DNA from: Octopus vulgaris
Lineage: Eukaryota
NCBI GenBank assembly: GCA_951406725.2
Contig: OX597825.1
Span: 79,918,001-79,982,000, forward strand
Length of the DNA stretch: 64,000 nucleotides
Reading direction: 5' to 3'
Shown here: positions 56,059-64,000 of the stretch, one piece after another
Position numbering within the stretch: position 1 is the first letter of the stretch
Layout of the letters: each line of letters opens with the position of its first letter
Program-made: the position numbers and the translations under genes
Notes under the pieces: generated by a model
Databases searched by the model: none
What the model was told of the DNA's origin: nothing
Seen by the model: only the letters and a program-made list of their open reading frames with translations

Positions 56059-56683
56059 AATTGATTTAACTTGCCTTAAAATTATATATATAAAATCATT
56101 GTGAATATATGCCATAAATTTATAATTAGTTTAATTGTATCTTGTAGCATCTTGTGTCTGATTATAAATAAACGGTACAGATTTATATTTCCGTATTCAG
56201 ATAAGCTTATTTTCATCTCAGAATACATAGGATATACACTATGTTTATGTATCATATATAAACAACTATAATTTATAGATATTATTACAATTATTATGAA
56301 CGTTGTTATTTTTTTTTTGCTGGTATCGATGATGGTTTAGACATTTTAGCTTAATTTGAAACGAAGCCAACGTTAATTCTGTAAAGAGGGCGGCATTTTC
56401 GAACACTTTATCGTGGCTGATGATTCATAGTGTCAATGAAAACTGAGAGTGTAACCTGGCTTCGTTTCGCTGAGTTACAGGAACCATTTAACATTTATCT
56501 TATTCTGTTACTTAACCCAAAGTCATTATTTTCATCCTTTTTATCGCTGACTTTGGTTTTTAGCCGCGCAGATATACGACCTAAAGCTTGTGTGTGTGTG
56601 TGTGTAAAAAGAGAGAATAGTTTCTTCGTTATTACAATGCCTCAAGCGAACTAGAACCCTCTCATATATATATATTCTTTTAC

Positions 56684-56856
56684 TCTTTTACTTGTTTCAG
56701 TCATTTGACTGCGGCCATGCTGGAGCACCACCTTTAGTCGAGCAAATCGACCCCGGGACGTATTCTTTGTAAGCCCAGTACTTATTCTAGCGGTTTCTTT
56801 TTGCCGAACCGCTAAGTGACGGGGACGTAAACACCAGCATCGGGGACAAACACAGG

Positions 56857-56927
<71 letters not shown>

Positions 56928-57045
56928 GACAGGCTTCTTTCAGTTTCCGTCTACCAAATCCACTCACAAGGCATTGGTCAGCCCGGGGCTATAGCAGAAG
57001 ACACTTGCCCAAGATGCCACGCAGTGGTTGGTTAGCAAGCTACTT
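56684..57045 (-). mobile_element. Young CORE-like tRNA SINE with deletions
   Basis: Nearly identical to 14090-14495. Confidence 0.85.
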
Positions 57046-57092
57046 GTTAAATAATGAGGGTAGAAATTAATATTATTATATATATATATATA

Positions 57093-57298
57093 CAGGGTGG
57101 GCCAAAAGTCACCCGACAGTAAATCAAAATTCCATAAATACTATTTGGGAAAATGTCGTTCAAGGACTTCAGTTTGAAGAATTTTCACGGTGTTGCATAT
57201 TGAGATGCTTTTATTAAATTCATTCAGTTGGTAAACATAAATAAATCTTGGAATTAAATGGTTTTAATTTACTGCCTGGTGACTTTTGGCCAACCTTG
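57093..57298. mobile_element. Tc1/mariner-type MITE in (TA)n
   Basis: TA|CAGGGTGGGCCAAAAGTCACC ... GGTGACTTTTGGCCAACCTTG|TA. Confidence 0.8.
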
Positions 57299-58191
57299 TA
57301 TATATATATATATATATATTCCAACAAATTCATTATTTTTTACCACAAAGTTTACCGTCGTTATTGCACCCTAAAATAAGACTTTACCATTTTTAATCGT
57401 ACGCTAAAATAGGACTTAACCATTATATATATATATATTTTATTTCACCTGAACACAAGACTTTTGGTGTTATTGGAACACAGAGGCGCAGCTCTTCTTA
57501 ATTCTTTAGGCTTGGGTGTTTCATAATATTATAAACATCGTAAAGACGATAATAGTGATTGCCAGACACAAACCTATCGATATTTTACGGAGAGGTTGTA
57601 TCGATTCCATTTATTTTATCGATAGCTCAAGGATGGAAGGAGAAGCTGACCTCAGAAGTCTTTAAATTCATGAATGTAGATGGGCGTCACGACATACCGA
57701 AAAGTCTCATCTACCTATTCTACCAATCCCTTTAAAATATTAACTGTTTTGGCGACAGTTACCCTTATTTGTTTTATCTATTGTTAACTGCTTCACTTGC
57801 GCTTTGAAATTAGCTGCTCACTAACCAAAATCTAAGTGAAACGCTAAACTCCAAGATCACCCTCTTTAAACTACAGCATGCACCGGTGCGCGAAATAAAA
57901 CTGAAAAACGAAAACGAATTTTAGATGAATATAAAAAAATAGTTTATTTGTTTTTGCAGGACTTCTTGTTTTTGTTTTTTTACGCGTAATTTCAAAAATA
58001 TTCCTCGCCATCAATATTTGTTTGCATTGAAAGAACGAAAGTAATCAATGATAAAATTATTTACATTCTTGATTTTATCTTCCATGGTTTTCAAGTTTAT
58101 CACAATAAAAGGACGGGACCCGTAATCCGAAAATAGCGCCAAAGTCAGAAATGGATTTTTTTAAATGGCTTTTTACCAGTAAAATAAATCA

Positions 58192-59133
58192 TTAGACAGG
58201 GTAATAATGCCGAATCCAGAAGATGAATGACATAAATGTATTATTTTTGTGAACACGACGCCAACTGAATTCTTGCAGGTAAGTCGAGAACAGATTATCG
58301 GAAGGTCCATACAAATGTTTATATCGGTTCTTCACGTTATTCCACGTTCCTTCTGTTGTGTTTCTGTTGAGTTTTTCGTCTTTAGCATCCATGAACTGAA
58401 GACAGTGATCAGCTGATTCTGGAAGCTTTTCATAGGAATGACAACCATCCGTTACTATGCAGGTGCCTGGCAACACATGTTTAAGGATGATCGGTAGCAA
58501 AGTGGCACCACTTTGATCAGGAACAGGTACAAGGACGGAATTAAGACTGTGGCGCTCCACCATCCCAAGAATCCAATGGCCCTCCTTATAACGACCACGA
58601 TGATATTGACGGTGCATAAATTTTGACTCGGCGATATCCACCTTCACTCCTTCTCCTCCGATCTTCGTAGGGTGATCGATGCACCACATGGCACAGACAT
58701 CTCGAAAATAGTTATACCAGTTAACTATTGCCTCTGTGCCAAGACCGACTTGATCCATGACAACAGACTGCGTGGACTCAATCGACGTCCACCAATAAAT
58801 AAGTTCAAGAAGGCGGGTCAGACGGATGCAAGACTTAGAAAAGAAAGAATCATTCCTAATGCTGCGATAAGACCTGCATATTGAACAGTGCCAAGCTCTT
58901 CCATCTGAATATCGTTTACGAATCACAAAACCCATTGCCCGGTCGCAACATGTCACCGAATTGTGAAGTAAACCGACCGATGCAAGAAATTTAATTGTAC
59001 AGTCAATGTCCTTAGTTACCTGCTGAATATCGTGTAGCGTGTATTCCTTTTGAATCAGATCTTCTTTATTAATGATCTCGTCCACGATTTTTACCCGAGC
59101 TTTCGGTCTCCCACGTTCACATAGTTCGGTCAT
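58192..59133 (-). CDS. ISXO2-like / Merlin (IS1595-family) transposase-derived protein, intact ORF, probably catalytically inactive
   Basis: 313-aa ORF with N-terminal Cys zinc-ribbon (TCC...WHCSIC..RSIRNDSFF), IGGEG.KVDIAESKF, YHRGR, WILGMVER, TLLPII...LPGT.IVTDG, NTTEGTW and YLQEFSWRR, the ordered motifs of the DDE_Tnp_ISXO2 family. Confidence 0.92.
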   Translation of the reverse strand: MTELCERGRPKARVKIVDEIINKEDLIQKEYTLHDIQQVTKDIDCTIKFLASVGLLHNSVTCCDRAMGFVIRKRYSDGRAWHCSICRSYRSIRNDSFFSKSCIRLTRLLELIYWWTSIESTQSVVMDQVGLGTEAIVNWYNYFRDVCAMWCIDHPTKIGGEGVKVDIAESKFMHRQYHRGRYKEGHWILGMVERHSLNSVLVPVPDQSGATLLPIILKHVLPGTCIVTDGCHSYEKLPESADHCLQFMDAKDEKLNRNTTEGTWNNVKNRYKHLYGPSDNLFSTYLQEFSWRRVHKNNTFMSFIFWIRHYYPV

Positions 59134-60449
59134 AATTAAAATAATTTGGAGAAAAACTTTCTGCTAAACTTCTCGAGAATGCGACGTAGTTACAAAAGAA
59201 ACCATCAGCGATTGAGAAGCCAAAAAATTGAATTGCCGAAACGAATAAATAAATAATTCAAAATTGCTAAATCATTAATTACTTCTAGCTTATTTTATCA
59301 TTTAGCTAAAATCTGCAGATTATATATATATATACAATCTGCAATTTCTTATATATATTTATGGTTGTTTTGATCTAGTTTAACTCCGGTCGGGAGAAAG
59401 ACATAGCATTGCCATTCATAAATAACACTTTCAAATAAATAATATTTTTGTTTAATTTTTAATTTAACAAGATATTTGATTTTATAAGAAATGTCTTGTT
59501 TTCAGCAATGCTAATATATTAAGTTAATCAAATGGTTTTTGTTTCAAGGTGGTGCAGAGAAACGAAAGCAGTAAAATTTCTATTTCATTTCGTCTTTTTT
59601 TTTGGCGGGGTTTTTTCTTACATTCTCTACTATTGCTGTTGTCTTTTTATTTTGTTTGTACCTTTTGCATAATGCAAAATTAATTAAATCACATGTTTAA
59701 CTGGAAACTAACCCCTCCTTTTTTTATTTCGATTTGTTCTTCACTATATATATATTTCTTTAATTCTTCTAAATATGTCCCTACATTTATAAATAAATGA
59801 ATAGCTTTCAAGTCAATTAGTTTTGTAAACCAGGGAGGCAACTTCTTCAGAAAATGTTTCATGTCAGATTCGTTCGTATTGCATTTATTCGTATTTTATA
59901 TTATTTTATTTCTCTGTCCTAAGAAACGATGATCGTTGTTGAATAACTTTTCGGAGAAATAATAGTCATTCTACAACGGAACATTGATGTTAAGAGTAGA
60001 TTAATAGCTAATACAACACTTTACAGAGTGAAAGGACTTGTTAAGCTGAAATAATAGCATGAAAAAAGAAATCCGTTCCTAACACAAGTTTTTAAAATTC
60101 CATTTTGATTTCAATTTATTTCATGAAGTCTCAAAAATTTCGTCATACTACTGCGAACTGATCGCTTTAATAAAAAGGCTAGCGATTTGTTAATCGTTTA
60201 AATTGATACCAGTATTTCACAAGTAAACATTAACCATTTTTTCGATTCCAGAAGTATAAAAGACAAAGTTGACGAGGTTTGGGTTTCAACTCGGAACACA
60301 ACTCGGACGTATGTGATACATAAAGGTATTTATTCTGTCGTTTTGAACCAATGCGCTTCCGTATTTATCGTAGATTTCTCACTTTTCTTATATCTAAATG
60401 CGATAATAATAAACTAAGGACGTTTTAGACAATGAACACTTCCCCGGGA

Positions 60450-60875
60450 CCAAATGAAGGACCTTAGATTCAGGATAGTAAACAGTTCAAAAATCAAGAA
60501 GACGGGGAAAGCAGCCGCTCCAGGGCGGATAGCAGCGGAAATGTTGAGAATGAAGATGTGGTTGGTGTACTTTTGTCATTGTTTACTGCTAGAAATACTA
60601 AGGTAACGATAGACCAGCTACATAGGTTATGGACCGATGATGGATCAAGTCTTGAAAGTTGTTGATTTAGAGACAGACGGAATATTTATAGTTAAATAAC
60701 TATAAGAGAAGTACTTAGCTAAGAACGAACATTTCTACTTTACAGGTGTTTAACAGCCTAATGCACGCTGGAAATCATGCTGTAGATAATTCTTTTGTAC
60801 GAACCATTCCAGACATGTACAAAGATATGGCAAGCAATGCTAAGATGGTAGCAAGCTCAGCAAGAAATTTAGTGT
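60450..60875 (+). mobile_element. Old RTE RT relic
   Basis: KTGKAAAPGRIAAEMLR, MDQVLKVV and VDNSFVRTIPDMYKD align with the RTE RT at 43.4-43.9 kb. Confidence 0.65.
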
Positions 60876-60880
60876 ATGTG

Positions 60881-60911
<31 letters not shown>

Positions 60912-61680
60912 CCTTAACTTATATCTTCTACTTGCTTCAGTCATTGGACTGCGGCCATGCCAGAACACTGTCGTACTTATTCTGTTGGTCTCTTTTGCCA
61001 AAACGTTAAGTTATGGGGGTGTAAAAAAACCAACACCGGCTGTTAAGTGGTGGGGGACAAACATGGACACAAAGACACGCATACATGCATACGTACCTAC
61101 ATGCATGTATATGTATGTAGGTAGGTACGTATGCATGCATGCGTGTCTTGCATGCATGCATGTTTGCCCCACACACACACCACTTAAAAGTTTGATTATG
61201 AGAAATGTATGTACATACCTACGTACGTATATACATACAACTGGCTTACAGTTTCTGTGTTCACTCACAATGCTTTGGTCAGCCCATAGCTAAAGAAGAA
61301 AGTGCTTGGTTAATTGCTATGCAGTGGAACTGAACCCAGAATCATGTTATTTGGAAGCAAAGTTCTTACCACACAACCACGCCTGCACCTATCTTATTCT
61401 GAGAAATCTCTTTAGCAAAACATGATTTCACACCACTGCAATATCGCTGCTTTAAGATAATTAAATAAGAATTAACCTGGATGTTGGTGCTGGAGGACAA
61501 TACTTGAACACATTGGACGACAGCAAGGATGGAATTTGAACTCTGAATTTCTTGATAGAGTAACAGATTTTATGTTGGGGTTTGGCACACTGGTCCCTTT
61601 TCAAATGCAAAGCAATTTTGTCAGGTAAACATAAGGAAAATAACTATTTATTTATTTATTTTTCTCCAGATTTTGGAAAA

Positions 61681-61789
61681 ATGGAATATGAAGACGAGAT
61701 TATGACTTCAGTATCAGAATCAAATATTTCTCAGTTGCCAATTCAAGATATTCTTTGGATTCTACATGCTGAGAAAACTATTCTTGAAG
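61681..61789 (+). CDS. ZMYND15: ZMYND15-like zinc finger MYND protein, first recognisable coding exon (exon starts 61670; start codon uncertain)
   Basis: Acceptor tttttctccag, donor AAG|GTGAGG (phase 1); ISQLPIQDILWILH resembles recalled human ZMYND15 IRRLPQDPALWVLH. Confidence 0.75.
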
Positions 61790-62179
61790 GTGAGGGGTTT
61801 GGGGTAATTTTTGTTTCTATCTCAAAATGGCTTCTAATACAATAAGTTCAGCCTTTAAATACTTTTAATTAGAGCAGTGTAACATTTTGAAGTTACCTGA
61901 TTACATAACTGTTACTATACATTACACACACACATGATTACATAACTGTTACTACACACACATATGAGACATCAGATGTAGTGTGCATGAGAGAAGACTG
62001 TGCTGGTATAGTCATGTGATGCAGCTGCATAAAGAAGTGCTGATCTATAAATGTGTATCAAAATTTCATGCTTATATTTGTAGAGTTAAGGAAGTTATAA
62101 GAAATTGGAACCCGTCAGTGACTTTTGGGACACCCTGTATGATGTTATATAATATTGTATGTGCTTCCATATCTTTCAG

Positions 62180-62378
62180 ATTCAGAAGAAGAAACTGCTC
62201 TAATTCTTTGCATCCAAGATGAAAGAGGTTTACAGTTGACAAGTGCTGTTTTTGAGTCAATGCTTTCTCTAGAATTTTCTTCTATCTTTTACCTTCTAAG
62301 TGAAGCAATGCTGCACCCTCTCAAAGGAAAATCCCGCAAACCTCGTTGTTTGACTTGCAACTCAGCTGACCTCTTCCA
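62180..62378 (+). CDS. ZMYND15: ZMYND15-like protein, next exon
   Basis: Acceptor atctttcag, donor CA|GTAAGT (phase 1->2); LILCIQDERG and YLLSEAMLHPLKGKSRKPRCLT resemble recalled ZMYND15 LLLVTDEHG and YALLCHSMACPMGSGDPRKPRQLT. Confidence 0.82.
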
Positions 62379-62429
62379 GTAAGTCTTTTTTTTTTTTTTC
62401 TGTTGGTGTGAATGTTGTTCGTTTGTCAT

Positions 62430-62680
62430 AGGAGAACCCATGAAGCTGAGCAAAATCGCAGACATGGCAGATACCAGTGTCACGCAAATGGCATTCGTGC
62501 CAGTGGCATGTAAAAGCAGCCATTATATTCTTGGAGTGGTTTGTATTAGGAAGGGCATCCAGCTGTAGAAAACCATACCAAATCAGACTTTTTCATGATG
62601 CAGCCTTCCAGCGTGCCAGCCCAGTCAAACCATCCAACCCATGCCAGCATGGACAACGGACGTTAAATGATGATGATCAT
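62430..62680 (+). mobile_element. RTE 3' end (intronic in the ZMYND15-like gene)
   Basis: ggaagggcatccagctgtagaaa...ggacgttaaatgatgatga. Confidence 0.75.
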
Positions 62681-62913
62681 CATCATACATATATATGTAT
62701 TTGTGTTTCTGTTTTTGTCTCTGCCACCATTGCTTGACAATCGATGTTGGTGTGTTTACATCCCTGTATCTTATAGGTTTAGCAAAAGAAACCAATAGAA
62801 TAAGTACTAGGCTTACAAAGAATAAGTTTTGGGGTCGATTCGTTTGACTAAAGGTGATGCTCCAGCATGGCTGCTGTCAAATGACTGAAACAAGTACAAA
62901 AGATAAAAGATTT

Positions 62914-62963
<50 letters not shown>

Positions 62964-63538
62964 CTTTTATCATTTACTTGTTTCAGTCATTAGAATGTGG
63001 CCATGCTGGGGCACCACCTTGAATTTCTTTTTAATCAAAGGAATCAACCCCAATTCTTTTTTCTTTAAATGGAGTACTTATTGTATTGGTTTCTTTTGCT
63101 AATACAATAGGGATGTAAACACACCAACACTGGTTGTCAAGCAATGGTTAGGGACTAACACAGACACAAAGATATACATACATAGATATGCATATATACA
63201 AAGGGCTTCATTTAGTTTCCATCTACCAAATCCACTCACAAGGCTTTGGTTGGCTCGAGGCTATAATAGAAGACACTTGCCCAAGGTGCCATGCAGTGGG
63301 ACTGAACCTGGAACCATGTTGTTGGGAAGCAAGCTTCTAACTGCACAGACTACATTTGTGCCTAGTTTGTACTTCATGTATAAAACCCCCAATATTGGAA
63401 TGCATGAAGCTGTAATTCTGTTTCAGTTGTATTGCATTTTGTGGTTTTAGAATATAATTAGTTGTGAAAGCTGATGCCAGGTTGGTGTGTCGAATGAAAA
63501 TTCTATTTCATCCATATTCTTTGTGTTTCTCATTGCAG

Positions 63539-63691
63539 ACGTTTGAAATCAGGACACAGCAAACTGGATGAGATTTGTCTTCCGATATTCTATGGCAGTG
63601 ACGTCGTTGTTCCAGCTCGTTCTCAGACTCCCTTGTTCTATCAGTGCAGTACTTGTCATATCAGAGCAACACCAGATTACTTCCAGACTTG
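63539..63691 (+). CDS. ZMYND15: ZMYND15-like protein, exon containing the start of the MYND finger; gene continues beyond the window
   Basis: Acceptor gtttctcattgcag, donor TG|GTAAGT (phase 2->2); in frame with the previous exon; CSTCH is the first CxxC of the MYND finger and the split TG- codon can supply the next Cys. Confidence 0.8.
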
Positions 63692-64000
63692 GTAAGTCTC
63701 TTGAGCTTCTAGGGCAAGCTATCTCCAAATAATTGCTCCTATATTTATGCTACTTATGGGTAATTGCCCACTGTGCCACTGAACGATTTCCTCAATTAAA
63801 AATGATTTAAGGAAAAAAGCAAAACAGTGTAAATACAAATAAATCCTAACAGAAACTAATTAGGCTTATATTGTCATGTCGTATCTGTTATTCAAGTAGT
63901 ATAATTACCTAATAATAAGCTATATACCATTATATCATTGTAATTAGTGCTGGTGCCACATAAAAAGCACTCAGTTCACTCTTTGGGGTGCTTGATGTTA

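Noticed and set aside
55824-56064. ORFs overlapping the tRNA
   Set aside because: Spurious translations of tRNA-Leu plus a SINE tail.
60432-60875. Apparent LOTUS-like exon pair with two in-frame stops, potentially rescuable by A-to-I editing
   Set aside because: Other frames give KTGKAAAPGRIAAEML and MDQVLKV, and FVRTIPDMYKD aligns to RTE LVKAVQAMYRD, so this is an old RTE relic.
61670-61789. DFG...LP.Q resemblance to a Tudor domain
   Set aside because: The following in-frame exons match ZMYND15 much better.

Overview
AT-rich, repeat-dense animal genomic DNA. The repeat families (RTE LINEs with (GAT)n tails, Nin-domain SINEs, a CORE-like tRNA SINE, long (TA)n tracts) suggest a coleoid cephalopod, probably Octopus (inference). 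Most ORFs in the track are microsatellite or TE artefacts. Real genes, assembled by eye from splice sites and exon phase: (1) a 12-coding-exon, 542-aa single-pass membrane protein on + (8188-37604) with a signal peptide, four tandem two-exon extracellular modules resembling very divergent PLAT/LH2 domains, one TM helix and a Tyr-motif tail; (2) an intact intronless Merlin/ISXO2 (IS1595-family) transposase ORF on - (58192-59133) with a substituted first catalytic Asp and no visible TIRs, so possibly domesticated; (3) the 5' exons of a ZMYND15 homologue on + (61670 to the window end); (4) two identical convergent tRNA-Leu(AAG) genes. Also present: several Penelope-type minimal hammerhead ribozyme motifs (some with very long stem II), a complete non-autonomous Helitron, Merlin-, hAT- and Tc1-type MITEs, a 184/185-bp SINE-derived tandem array, near-perfect intronic inverted repeats and templated local duplications. 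All homology calls come from recalled family motifs, not database searches.
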